From positions 5,878 to 69,877 of the forward strand of contig JAOAHM010000097.1 of assembly GCA_026415235.1 (NCBI GenBank): DNA of 64,000 nt, in the 5' to 3' direction. The DNA comes from Ignavibacteria bacterium (GTDB lineage: Bacteria; Bacteroidota; Ignavibacteria; Ch128b). The first letter of the stretch is position 1, and the number at the start of each line of letters is the position of its first letter. The notes under the pieces were generated by a model, which ran no database searches, was not told the DNA's origin, and worked only from the letters and a program-made list of their open reading frames with translations. Positions 10,470-20,566 of the stretch are shown here, in pieces. The position numbers were made by a program, and so were the translations under genes.

Positions 10470-10945
10470 CCTTGAGATATTATATTTTTTTAATCCTTGG
10501 GTTGTTGATACTTCTCAATGGATGTTCGTCCAAAATTGAACAAAAAGATTCTGAATTGAGTAAAGAGCAAGTGGATTTAAGTAAGATTGATCCACTTGCT
10601 CAATTTAATATTGAAGAAGAATCGCTCAAAGATTTTGATACTTTCAAAGGTTATTCAGAGAAAAAGATTAAAACCAAAGAAAAACAAAAATCAAAAGAGC
10701 AAATTCCCCCATCAGTTTATTATGTTCAAGTTGGATTAACAGATACATACGAAGAAATTTTGCAATTAAAAAATCAAATTACTTTGTTATTCCCCGATGA
10801 AAAAATTGAAATAAAATATGATGCCCCCTTTTATCGAATTCTGATTGGTCCTTTCAAGTCCAAATCTGAAGCAACAGAAATTTTCAGTATATTGGAAAGT
10901 AAAAATTTTTCTTCAATCAGAATTCGAACTGAAACTTCAAAGTAA
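10466..10945 (+). CDS. SPOR-domain lipoprotein
   Basis: Lipobox LNG-C; YYVQVG...FYRILIGPF SPOR-like domain; GTGA overlap with previous gene. Confidence 0.75.
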   Translation: MTLRYYIFLILGLLILLNGCSSKIEQKDSELSKEQVDLSKIDPLAQFNIEEESLKDFDTFKGYSEKKIKTKEKQKSKEQIPPSVYYVQVGLTDTYEEILQLKNQITLLFPDEKIEIKYDAPFYRILIGPFKSKSEATEIFSILESKNFSSIRIRTETSK

Positions 10946-10958
10946 ATTCAAATCAAAA

Positions 10959-12206
10959 ATGAAAATACTTCTTTATCGTGCAAACCAAGTTTTAACCTGC
11001 AAAGCAGAGAATGGAAAATTCAAACGAAAATACGAATTAAATAATCTTGGTCTCCTTGAAGATAGTTCAATTATAATCGAAGATGAAAAAATTTCAGAAA
11101 TAACTTCGTCAAAGTCTTTTGACAAATCTGATTTCGATTTAGTGATAGATTGTAGAGGTAAGGTAATTCTTCCTGGATTAATTGATAGTCATACTCATTT
11201 AATTTTTGACGGTTCAAGAGCTGATGAATTTGAGTTAAGATTAGCAGGAAAGAGTTATGAAGAAATTGCTCAGTTAGGTGGTGGAATTGTTAAAACAGTA
11301 AGAGCTACAAGAAATTCATCAAAAGCGGAATTAAAAAAACTTGCTCTTTCAAGAATCAGAGAAGCAATTTCACACGGCATAACAACCATCGAAATAAAGA
11401 GTGGATATGGTTTAGATTACGAAACCGAAATTAAAATGCTTGAATGTGCAAATGAATTATCTTTGGAAACAAATCTTGACATAATTCCAACTTTTCTTGG
11501 TGCTCATACAATACCAGTTGAATTTAAAAACAATCACAAAGAATATATTTCTCTCATTACCCAAAAATTAATTCCTGAAATTAGCTCTAAAAAACTTGCA
11601 AAATTCTGTGATGTATTTCTTGAGAAAACCGCATTTTCAGTAGAAGAATCAAAAGACATTTTATCAACAGCAAAGCAATATGGACTTCAACTCAAACTTC
11701 ATTGCGATCAATTCAATTCGATTGGTGGTGTTCAGCTTGGGATAGATTTAAATGTAACAAGCATTGATCATTTAGAAATGATTACTGATGATGATATAAA
11801 TAAACTTTCACAAACTGATATCGCTGCCGTAATCTTACCAGGTGTTTCTCATTTTCTCAAAATTCCTTTTGCACCTGTTAGAAAAATGATTGATGCAGGA
11901 TGCATTGTTGCAATCGCAACAGATTTTAATCCAGGTTCATGTACATCACAAAATCTTCCATTAATGATGCATTTTGCAGCTTTGTACAATGGAATGAAAT
12001 TAAACGAGACTATAAACGCCGTGACAATTAATGCAGCTTATTCACTTGGAATTGAAAAAAATTTTGGTACTATAGAACCTAATAAAATAGCAGATATAAT
12101 TATTCTAAATACAAATGACTACAAGAACTTAATCTATTATTTTGGAAAAAATTTTGTTCAAACAGTAATAAAAAGAGGTAAAATAATATATGAAAGAAAT
12201 AATTGA
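10959..12206 (+). CDS. hutI: Imidazolonepropionase
   Basis: PGLIDSHTH, EIKSGYG, HCDQF, DHLE, ATDFNPG; start set to in-frame ATG 10959 rather than ORF-track 10845. Confidence 0.93.
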   Translation: MKILLYRANQVLTCKAENGKFKRKYELNNLGLLEDSSIIIEDEKISEITSSKSFDKSDFDLVIDCRGKVILPGLIDSHTHLIFDGSRADEFELRLAGKSYEEIAQLGGGIVKTVRATRNSSKAELKKLALSRIREAISHGITTIEIKSGYGLDYETEIKMLECANELSLETNLDIIPTFLGAHTIPVEFKNNHKEYISLITQKLIPEISSKKLAKFCDVFLEKTAFSVEESKDILSTAKQYGLQLKLHCDQFNSIGGVQLGIDLNVTSIDHLEMITDDDINKLSQTDIAAVILPGVSHFLKIPFAPVRKMIDAGCIVAIATDFNPGSCTSQNLPLMMHFAALYNGMKLNETINAVTINAAYSLGIEKNFGTIEPNKIADIIILNTNDYKNLIYYFGKNFVQTVIKRGKIIYERNN

Positions 12207-13212
12207 ATGCGTACCTAATTTCAGTGAAGGACGTAATCAAGAAACAATTAACGCAATTGCAGAAGCAATTAAAAATACACCAAATTGTAAATTGTTAAAT
12301 GTTGAACCAGACAGAGATTACAATCGAGTTGTTGTGACTTTTGTTGGGACAAAAGAGGGTGTATTAAATGGTGCAATTAACGCATCTGTAATTGCAGCTG
12401 AACGGATTGATATGACTCAACATAAGGGTGAGCATCCCAGAATTGGTGCAATTGATGTAGTTCCTTTTATTCCAATCAAAAATGCTTCGATTGAAGATTG
12501 TGTAGAAATCTCAAAACAGTATGGAAAAATAATTTCAGAAAAATTAAACATTCCAGTTTATCTATATGAATACTCAGCTACTAAACCAGAAAGAAAAAAT
12601 CTTGCGGATATAAGAAAAGGAGAATATGAAGGATTAAAAGATAAGTTGCTCGATCCAAATTGGTATCCTGATTTTGGTAAACCAGAATTCAACCCAAAAT
12701 TAGGTGCAACAGTAACTGGTTGTAGATTTTTCTTAATCGCTTATAATGTGAACTTGAAAACAACTGATGTTAAAATTGCCGATGAAATTGCAGGTATAAT
12801 TAGAGAGTCAGGCAAACCGATGAGAGATGAACAAGGTAATGTCGTAAAAAAAGATGGAAAAACTGTACGCATTCCAGGAAAGTTCAAAGCTGTGAAAGCG
12901 ATGGGTGTATCGCTCGAAAAATTTGGTATAACTCAAGTCTCTATTAATCTTGTAAATTATAAAATAACAAACATGCATCAAGTTTTTGAAGCAGTAAAAG
13001 AAGAGGCAAGTAAATTTGGTGTTGAAACTTGGGGTAGTGAAATTGTTGGACTTGTTCCGCTTGAAGCTATTTTGGAAGCAGGAAAATTTTATAATCCAAA
13101 TTCTGATAATGAGAATGAATTAATTAACACTGCTATCGAAAAATTAGGATTGAGTAATCTTGCACCTTTCAATCCAAAAGAAAAAATCATAGAATATTTA
13201 ATTGAGGAGTAA
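12190..13212 (+). CDS. ftcD: Glutamate formiminotransferase
   Basis: ECVPNFSEG, HPRIGAIDVVPFIP motifs; follows hutI. Confidence 0.93.
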   Translation: MKEIIECVPNFSEGRNQETINAIAEAIKNTPNCKLLNVEPDRDYNRVVVTFVGTKEGVLNGAINASVIAAERIDMTQHKGEHPRIGAIDVVPFIPIKNASIEDCVEISKQYGKIISEKLNIPVYLYEYSATKPERKNLADIRKGEYEGLKDKLLDPNWYPDFGKPEFNPKLGATVTGCRFFLIAYNVNLKTTDVKIADEIAGIIRESGKPMRDEQGNVVKKDGKTVRIPGKFKAVKAMGVSLEKFGITQVSINLVNYKITNMHQVFEAVKEEASKFGVETWGSEIVGLVPLEAILEAGKFYNPNSDNENELINTAIEKLGLSNLAPFNPKEKIIEYLIEE

Positions 13213-13214
13213 AC

Positions 13215-13844
13215 ATGGACTTAAACAAATCATTACAAAGTTTTATTGACGAAATTGCTTCATCTTCACCTACTCCTGGTGGAGGAAGTGTTTCTGCATT
13301 TTGTGGAGTTCTTGGTTGTTCACTTGGTTTAATGGTTTGTGCTCTTACGATTGGAAAAAAGAAATATGAAAATGTTCAAGAAGAAATTTTAAGTATAAAG
13401 AATAATCTTGAAAGTTATAAGAATTCATTCCTTGAACTCTACGATAGCGACTCAAAAGCATTTGACGAAGTAATGGATGCCTTTAAACTTCCAAAAGAAA
13501 CTGAAGAACAAAAGAGACTTAGAACAGAAACAATTGAGAAAGCAACGGTCAAAGCAACTGAAGTCCCAATCAAAGTAATTGAAACTTGTAAAAATGTTTT
13601 GAAAGATTTAGTGAGATTGAGTGAAATTGGTAATCAAAATTCATTAAGTGATGCTGGTGTTGCCATTCAATTAATCAAAACTTGTGCTGAAGGTGCGATG
13701 TTAAATGTAATGATTAATACAAAATCACTTAACGACCGTGACCGAGCAATGAATTTAGTTTTAAATGCTGCTCAAATCTTAACCGAAATTGACAAAATAT
13801 CCGATGAAGCACTCAATTCAATTAAAAAGAAATTAGAACTATGA
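13215..13844 (+). CDS. fchA: Formiminotetrahydrofolate cyclodeaminase / cyclohydrolase family
   Basis: SPTPGGGSVSA and GNQNSLSDAGVA motifs; SD GAGGAG. Confidence 0.88.
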   Translation: MDLNKSLQSFIDEIASSSPTPGGGSVSAFCGVLGCSLGLMVCALTIGKKKYENVQEEILSIKNNLESYKNSFLELYDSDSKAFDEVMDAFKLPKETEEQKRLRTETIEKATVKATEVPIKVIETCKNVLKDLVRLSEIGNQNSLSDAGVAIQLIKTCAEGAMLNVMINTKSLNDRDRAMNLVLNAAQILTEIDKISDEALNSIKKKLEL

Positions 13845-15073
13845 AAAACTTAATTGCATCTTATTTTTTTGTTTTACTTACATCTATTTCCCTTTACTCT
13901 CAATCAAAAGTAAAACTTGGAATAGATGTTTTGAAAGAAGACTATGAGTTCTTAAAAGGTAAGAGAGTTGGATTAATTACTAACGCAACTGGGGTCGACT
14001 CAAAGTTAAATTCTACAATTGATATAATTTATAATTTACCTGGCGTGAAGTTAGTTGCTCTTTTCGGACCAGAGCACGGTGTTCGTGGTGATATTCCTGC
14101 AGGAGAAAAAATTGAATCTTATAAAGATGCAAAAACTGGTCTAACAGTTTATTCACTTTATGGGAAGACAAGAAAACCTACCAAAGAAATGTTAAAAGAT
14201 ATTGATGTATTAATTTATGATATTCAAGACATTGGTGTTCGTTCATATACTTATATTAGCACGATGGGACTTGCAATGGAAGCTGCTGCCGAAAATAACA
14301 TTCAATTCGTAGTGTTAGATAGACCAAATCCACTGACAGGTGAAAAATTTGAAGGCTCAATTGTTCGAAAGGAGTTTATTTCTTTTATTGGTCAATTTCC
14401 TATTCCCTATGTTTATGGTTTAACATGCGGAGAACTTGCTCAGATGATTAACAGTGAAGGTTGGTTAAGTAATGGTGTGAAATGCAATTTGAAAGTAATT
14501 AAAATGAAAGGATGGAAAAGATGGATGAGATGGGAAGATACTGGTTTGCAATGGGTTCCTACTTCTCCACATATTCCGCATTATTATTCTGCACAGTTTT
14601 ATGCAGCATCTGGAATTTTAGGTGAACTTGGTGTGATATCTGAAGGTGTTGGATACACTCTCCCCTTTCAACTTCTCGGTGCTGATTGGATTGATGAAGT
14701 TGAGGTTTCAAAGAGATTGAATCAACTAAATTTACCTGGAGTAAAATTTAGACCAGTTGTGTGGCGACCATTCTACGGAAGATTTCAAGGAAAAATTTTA
14801 CGAGGTGTTCAAATTCATATTGAAGATTTCAAAAAGTGTAATTTGACTTCCATTCAATTTTATTTTTTACAAGAATTAAAAAAATTATATCCTGATAAAG
14901 AAATCTTTCAAATGGCAGATTTTGAACGAATCCGCTCATTTGACCTTGCAACAGGTTGGGATGAAATCAGAAAAATATTTAGCAAAAATTACACTTATGA
15001 TTCGATAAAGAGTTATTGGGAAAAAGAAGCAGATGAATTTCAAAAAAAAGCTGTTAAGTATTTTCTTTATTAA
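13841..15073 (+). CDS. namZ: Exo-beta-N-acetylmuramidase NamZ (DUF1343, GH171), exported
   Basis: LFGPEHG, YDIQDIGVRSYTY, DRPNP motifs plus signal peptide. Confidence 0.87.
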   Translation: MKNLIASYFFVLLTSISLYSQSKVKLGIDVLKEDYEFLKGKRVGLITNATGVDSKLNSTIDIIYNLPGVKLVALFGPEHGVRGDIPAGEKIESYKDAKTGLTVYSLYGKTRKPTKEMLKDIDVLIYDIQDIGVRSYTYISTMGLAMEAAAENNIQFVVLDRPNPLTGEKFEGSIVRKEFISFIGQFPIPYVYGLTCGELAQMINSEGWLSNGVKCNLKVIKMKGWKRWMRWEDTGLQWVPTSPHIPHYYSAQFYAASGILGELGVISEGVGYTLPFQLLGADWIDEVEVSKRLNQLNLPGVKFRPVVWRPFYGRFQGKILRGVQIHIEDFKKCNLTSIQFYFLQELKKLYPDKEIFQMADFERIRSFDLATGWDEIRKIFSKNYTYDSIKSYWEKEADEFQKKAVKYFLY

Positions 15074-16001
15074 TATTTTGATTCCAGTTTCCTTATTTAG
15101 TCAGATTGCTTTTTTAAGTTTTGAAAACAAATCGAGCTATAAAGGAAACTGGAATCTTTCCTACGACCTACCTGATTTTATTTCAGATTATCTAAGAGAA
15201 AAATACACATCAATTATTCTTTCACCTTCTACAACTGAAAATTTGATTAAAGAAAATTCTGAGATAAGTTATCAAGAGTTTTTAACAAACAAAGGCATTA
15301 AATATCTTATTGAAGGAATCATTCTCAACTTTTCAATTAATCGTTCAATTGCTGGCGAACCAAAAGTTGCACAGTACGAATCTTATTCAAACAACATAGA
15401 GGTTGAATTTAAAATCACAGATTTGAGAACAAATAAAATTATTTTTCAACAATCTCTTGAACAAAAAACTTCTGACCTTGGAGTTGGTTTAACCATATTT
15501 GGTCGTGAAACAGAAACTAAAAAAGAATTTGAACAATTAGAAAAAATTAAATTCGGGTCAGATGAATTCCTAAAGACTTTAGTTGGAAAAAATCTTCTTA
15601 AACTTTGTGAAAAATTTTCATCAAAAGTTGAAACAATTATTGAGTTACAACAAAATTTTAATCAAACCGAAAAAAAGCTCGACACAACAAACTCAAAACT
15701 GAAAAGAAAGATTCTTACTGGAGAAATTTTATTTGTAGATGACGATACTAAAGAAGTATTCGTCAATCTTGGTAAGAAAGAAAATCTTCAAGTTGGAATG
15801 ATACTCCCTGTTTTCGCAAGTGGAGATTCAATATTTGACAAAACTACAGGAGAATTTTTAGGAGTTACTGATAAGAAAATTGGAGAGATTGAAATTATTG
15901 AAGTGCGAGGTGATAGATTTTCGTTAGGCATAATTAAGAACGAAAAAGAAAAGATTTCAAAAGGTAATAAAGTAAGAAAAGTTGAAATTTCATCGGAATA
16001 G
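15033..16001 (+). CDS. Exported protein, CsgG/HfaB-like N-domain plus FlgT C-terminal-like domain
   Basis: Signal peptide, IAFLSFEN start; C-terminal EVFVNLG...VGM...D..TGE.LG...IGEIEIIEV pattern. Confidence 0.5.
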   Translation: MNFKKKLLSIFFINILIPVSLFSQIAFLSFENKSSYKGNWNLSYDLPDFISDYLREKYTSIILSPSTTENLIKENSEISYQEFLTNKGIKYLIEGIILNFSINRSIAGEPKVAQYESYSNNIEVEFKITDLRTNKIIFQQSLEQKTSDLGVGLTIFGRETETKKEFEQLEKIKFGSDEFLKTLVGKNLLKLCEKFSSKVETIIELQQNFNQTEKKLDTTNSKLKRKILTGEILFVDDDTKEVFVNLGKKENLQVGMILPVFASGDSIFDKTTGEFLGVTDKKIGEIEIIEVRGDRFSLGIIKNEKEKISKGNKVRKVEISSE

Positions 16002-17636
16002 TTCATTCAGATTAAAATTCACATCTGTGGTGGGCCATCGTGATTTAACTTTTATTGTATCTTTATAATATGCAAATGGTTGTGCAAAATATTTGTCGAG
16101 TTTTGTTTCCTTATTTATTGGAATAGATAATTTCATCAGATAAGAACCAGGCAAAACATTCTTTATCTGATATTTTTCACTTTCGACTGCTAATTTGTAA
16201 ACATTTTTTTGATTAACATTCTTCAACTCTAACAAAACTCTTCCAGCTAAGTTTTTATTCCTAATCTGTCCCGATACACTGCCATAGTCAGATTCAGAAT
16301 TAGTTTCAATTGTTCTCTTCACAGTTGAATCAATTCTATTTCCAGCTAAATCTTCAAGTTGTCTTAAATCTACTTTCAAAATAATTTTATCTTTCTGCCT
16401 AAGCTCACTAAACGATAAAATGAAACTCGAACTATCAAATCTCGAAACATTAAAATTAACAGATTTCCCAGTTGTATCTTCAACAATAATTGAACTTTTG
16501 AAATCATCATAACGAACGAAATCATTGAAATAAAGAGAGCAAAGAGGATTAAAATATTCCATTACATTTGTAGAAAAATTACAAGTAAGATTAATTAAGT
16601 TAATTGGAAGAGTATCCTTATCTGCTTCTACATAAAATTTATGTGTTGATTTTTCCATTTCATTTCCAGACAAATCTCGCGCACCACTGATTTCAATTTT
16701 ATGGTCTGTCCTATTTTGTAATTGCTCGGTAACTAATATCAATGAGTTCTTATCAACAGAATAAAAACCAAAAATTTTATACGAACGATTTAATGTGTCT
16801 CTTATCTCAATTCTCTCAAAGGAAATGGATTTATTATCAATTGGTTCATTAAAATTAATTCTTAAATGATTTAAGTCATCTACCTTAACAGAATTAACGA
16901 CTGGTCTTATAGTATCTATTTTTGTTAATTCAAAAAATACTCCATCAATTGATTTTACAGTATCATTTAATTCATAATCACGAAAGGGAAAACCAATTTC
17001 ATCTTCATTTATGTCAAATAACAAATTCTTCATTTGATCTCTAACAGCAATTATTCTGAATATTCCTTTTGGAAGACCTGTAAGATAGAAACTCCCATCT
17101 CTTGAAGTTTGACAAACAAAATCTGGTCTAATCGAATCATATTTTATAACTTGTCCCAAAGAATCAATTAGATAGAAAAATATCATCACACCATCTGGCT
17201 TTTCATCAAATACTTTACCTGAAATTACACCATCATCAATTTTATTTCCCGTTGAAAATCTAAGAGTAACAGATTCGGATAATTTATTACCTCTCAAATC
17301 AGTGATATCTGTTCCAAGTGTAACTACATAAGTTTTGTTCTCTTTTAATTTTTGTGGAAATAAAATTCGCAATTTTTTTCCAGACCACTTGAGCTCTGGT
17401 TCATCTTCTAAATACGGTGAAATAAAAATTGAGTTGGAAACATTTGTTTTATTTATGTATTCATTGAATTCAAATTCTACATATTGTTTATCAAAATTTG
17501 TTGTTCCTGATTCAGGATATGTTCGAATAACTGTCGGTGGATTTCGATCAACTGGACCACCATCTGGAGGAAGCTGATTTGCACAGCTAACAAAAAGAAA
17601 GCTTAATGTAATGATTGTTATCAGATTAATTTTCAT
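15990..17636 (-). CDS. Ig-like (Big_5) domain lipoprotein
   Basis: Lipobox FVS-C then CANQLPPDGGP.D..PP; repeated beta-sandwich segments (D.RGN, DLSGN, DLAGN). Confidence 0.7.
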   Translation of the reverse strand: MKINLITIITLSFLFVSCANQLPPDGGPVDRNPPTVIRTYPESGTTNFDKQYVEFEFNEYINKTNVSNSIFISPYLEDEPELKWSGKKLRILFPQKLKENKTYVVTLGTDITDLRGNKLSESVTLRFSTGNKIDDGVISGKVFDEKPDGVMIFFYLIDSLGQVIKYDSIRPDFVCQTSRDGSFYLTGLPKGIFRIIAVRDQMKNLLFDINEDEIGFPFRDYELNDTVKSIDGVFFELTKIDTIRPVVNSVKVDDLNHLRINFNEPIDNKSISFERIEIRDTLNRSYKIFGFYSVDKNSLILVTEQLQNRTDHKIEISGARDLSGNEMEKSTHKFYVEADKDTLPINLINLTCNFSTNVMEYFNPLCSLYFNDFVRYDDFKSSIIVEDTTGKSVNFNVSRFDSSSFILSFSELRQKDKIILKVDLRQLEDLAGNRIDSTVKRTIETNSESDYGSVSGQIRNKNLAGRVLLELKNVNQKNVYKLAVESEKYQIKNVLPGSYLMKLSIPINKETKLDKYFAQPFAYYKDTIKVKSRWPTTDVNFNLNELFR

Positions 17637-18658
17637 TTTTTTGAATTTCTATATTCAATAACATTTTTTTGATGTTCTGAATAATTACGAGCAAACTTAT
17701 GTGTTTCACCATCACCACTGGCAACAAAATACAAATAATTATGTTTCTCATAATTGATCACTGCGAGCAACGCATTTCTGCCTGGACAGTTTATTGGTCC
17801 TGGAGGTAAATCATAATACAAATAGGTATTGTAAGGAGAATTTATTTTCAAATGATTGTAAGTAACTCGATTCACTCGTTCACCTAAAGCGTAAACTACA
17901 GTTGGGTCAGCTTGAAGTTTCATCCCCTTTTTTAATCTATTTAAGTATACACCTGCGATAATTGGCATTTCATCAAAATTATTTGTTTCAGCTTCTACAA
18001 TTGATGCAAGCGTAATTATTTGTTTTTTATTCATTCCAACTTTTTTTTCAAAAGGTTTAATTTTTTCATCATAAAATTTTTTGAATTCTGATGCTAATCT
18101 TTCAAGGACAATTTCAGGTTTGTCAAATTCAGCAAATTCATAAGTATCGGGCATCAAGTAACCTTCAAAGTTTATGTGGTCTACTTCGTATTTTCTTAAC
18201 AGTGTTGAATCGCTTGCAACTCTTAAGAAATCATCTTTCTTGAAATCAAAAACTTTTTCAAACAATTCAGAAATTTCTTTTAAGGTTAAACCTTCAGGTA
18301 TTGTTACATAAATGTTCGACAAATTTTTTCCCGTAACTAACACATTCAAATAGTCATAATTAGACAGACCATAATTTAATCGATGATAACCACTTTTAAT
18401 TTTTCTTTCAGCACCTAAAATTTTTCCAACAGCAAGAAAAGCAGTTTTAGAATTAATTATTCGATGTTTATGAAGTGTGTCAGCAATTTCATGAAAACTC
18501 ATTCCCTTTTTGATGTGAATAGTAATTGGTTCTTTTTGAATTAAGTCATTGTTGTTAAAGAACCAATTTAATCCAAACATCAAGAAGAGAATAAATGTAG
18601 CAATAATAATCAACCAATCTTCTACTTCAATTACTTCGATTACTTTATTTTTTTCCAT
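17633..18658 (-). CDS. mltG: Endolytic transglycosylase MltG
   Basis: N-terminal TM, EGYLMPDTY, LASIVEAE (catalytic Glu), LQADPT, SPYNTY. Confidence 0.95.
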   Translation of the reverse strand: MEKNKVIEVIEVEDWLIIIATFILFLMFGLNWFFNNNDLIQKEPITIHIKKGMSFHEIADTLHKHRIINSKTAFLAVGKILGAERKIKSGYHRLNYGLSNYDYLNVLVTGKNLSNIYVTIPEGLTLKEISELFEKVFDFKKDDFLRVASDSTLLRKYEVDHINFEGYLMPDTYEFAEFDKPEIVLERLASEFKKFYDEKIKPFEKKVGMNKKQIITLASIVEAETNNFDEMPIIAGVYLNRLKKGMKLQADPTVVYALGERVNRVTYNHLKINSPYNTYLYYDLPPGPINCPGRNALLAVINYEKHNYLYFVASGDGETHKFARNYSEHQKNVIEYRNSKK

Positions 18659-18663
18659 TGAAA

Positions 18664-19650
18664 TTAATTTGGAAATGGTTGTGTAATTTTATTTAAAAGA
18701 TAATGCTCAGTTTGATAAGATTTTAATCCAGCATAGGCTATCATCGCTCCGTTATCTGTGCAAAGTTGTGGGGCTGGAACAAAAAGTTTTGAAGTTGAGG
18801 GTAATAGTTCAAGTAATTTTGCTTGAAGTGTTCTGTTAGAAGCAACTCCACCAACAACTGCTACATTGTTGACACCGAATTCCTTCACAGCTAAAATTGT
18901 TTTACGAACAAGTGCTTCAATCACAGCTTTTTGAAACGAAGCAGCAATATTTTTTTTGGTTTCTTCAGCTAAGCCATTTGGAAAATTTTTTTGAATGTAT
19001 CGCAAGACAGCAGTTTTTAATCCACTAAAACTAAAATCATATTTTCCACTTAATTCAGCAATAGGGAAATTAACAAAATCATGATTACCATCTTTTGCTA
19101 ATCTTTCAATAATTGCACCAGCAGGATAACTCAAACCAAGTAACTTACCGACTTTGTCGAAAGCTTCACCTGCAGCATCATCAAGTGTATTTCCAAGCTC
19201 TCTAACTTTATAATAATCTTCAACAAGAAATAAGGAAGTGTTTCCACCAGAAACAAGCAAAGCAATGTATGGAAAACTTAATTCTTCATTCTCAAGAAAA
19301 ACAGAATAAATATGACCATCTATATGATTAACAGGAACAAAAGGAATATTTAATGACAAACTCAAACCATTGCCAAAACAATAACCAACAATCAAAGCTC
19401 CAATCAATCCAGGACCAGCGGTAGCAGCAATCAAATCAATATCTTCTAATGTTATTGAAGCATTTTTTAGTGCTTCGTTTAATAACGGTACAATTTTTTT
19501 TAGATGAGCTCGACTTGCAATTTCAGGAACTACTCCACCAAATTCAGAATGAATTTTTTGCGAATAAATTTCATTGACAATGATTTTGTTGTCTTGAATA
19601 ATACCTATTGATGTTTCGTCACATGAAGTTTCGATTCCTAAGACTATCAT
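18664..19650 (-). CDS. tsaD: tRNA N6-adenosine threonylcarbamoyltransferase TsaD
   Basis: GIETSCDET, HIDGH, DDAAGEAFDK, FSFSGLK, DNGAMI. Confidence 0.96.
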   Translation of the reverse strand: MIVLGIETSCDETSIGIIQDNKIIVNEIYSQKIHSEFGGVVPEIASRAHLKKIVPLLNEALKNASITLEDIDLIAATAGPGLIGALIVGYCFGNGLSLSLNIPFVPVNHIDGHIYSVFLENEELSFPYIALLVSGGNTSLFLVEDYYKVRELGNTLDDAAGEAFDKVGKLLGLSYPAGAIIERLAKDGNHDFVNFPIAELSGKYDFSFSGLKTAVLRYIQKNFPNGLAEETKKNIAASFQKAVIEALVRKTILAVKEFGVNNVAVVGGVASNRTLQAKLLELLPSTSKLFVPAPQLCTDNGAMIAYAGLKSYQTEHYLLNKITQPFPN

Positions 19651-20555
19651 CCTCTTTTTGAAAAAATATTTTTGATAATTGCAATTGGTAACTCAGGATT
19701 TTCTTTCATTCTTCTAATTGAATATTTATACCAATGGACTCCATAAGGAACATAAACTCGCACTTTGAAACCATCTTTTACTAATTGATCTCTCAAATCA
19801 ACTTTCACGCCGAGCAACATCTGAAATTCAAATTGTTCATTTGTCTTATTGTATTTTTTAATTAGCTCTTTTGCGCCATTTATCAATTTAATATCATGTG
19901 TTGCAATTCCAACATAGATATTTTCTGAAAAAAGAAATTCTAATAATCTCAAAAAATTATCACGAATTTCTTGTTTACCTTTGAAAGCAATCTCTGCAGG
20001 TTCATTGTAAATTCCTTTGCATAATCTTACACTACTTGATTTTAATTCGTTCAAAGCATCTTTTAAATATTGGTCTGCTTTTCTTAAGTATGCTTGCATG
20101 ACCATTCCGCAATTCGAAAATTCCTTTCTCAAATCTTTGAAAATTCTAATCGTATCAAGTGTGCAAGTTGAGTCCTCCATATCTATTTCGATGTAGTTAT
20201 TCAACTCTTTCGCTTTAGTCAGAATCTTTTTCATATTATCTAAGCAAAGATTGTAATCGAGTTTAAGTCCAATTTGAGTTAATTTGATTGAAAGAGTTGA
20301 TTTAAGATTTTCTCTGTTAATTGTTTCTAAAACTTTTATTGCTTCATCGACAGCAGCATTAGCTTCATCCACATTAGTAGTATCTTCACCTAAAACATCC
20401 ATAGTTGCAAATATTCCTTTTGAATTTAATTCTCGAACTGTACGCACTGCATCTTCGAGTTTTTCACCTGCAATGTAACGAGATGCGAAAAGATAAATGA
20501 AAGATTTTGGAAAGAGTTCAACTACTTTGATAATTGCAGAATTTAGAAGTCTCAC
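19647..20555 (-). CDS. Monofunctional proline dehydrogenase
   Basis: IDMEDS, VRLCKGIY, ATHD, RVYVPYG motifs; 302 aa, no P5C dehydrogenase domain. Confidence 0.92.
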   Translation of the reverse strand: MRLLNSAIIKVVELFPKSFIYLFASRYIAGEKLEDAVRTVRELNSKGIFATMDVLGEDTTNVDEANAAVDEAIKVLETINRENLKSTLSIKLTQIGLKLDYNLCLDNMKKILTKAKELNNYIEIDMEDSTCTLDTIRIFKDLRKEFSNCGMVMQAYLRKADQYLKDALNELKSSSVRLCKGIYNEPAEIAFKGKQEIRDNFLRLLEFLFSENIYVGIATHDIKLINGAKELIKKYNKTNEQFEFQMLLGVKVDLRDQLVKDGFKVRVYVPYGVHWYKYSIRRMKENPELPIAIIKNIFSKRG

Positions 20556-20566
20556 AAAGTCTCTCC

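Noticed and set aside
10959-13844. Incomplete hut pathway (no hutH or hutU) as a novelty
   Set aside because: hut genes are often dispersed, and the split FtcD/cyclodeaminase arrangement is known in bacteria; absence cannot be judged from one window
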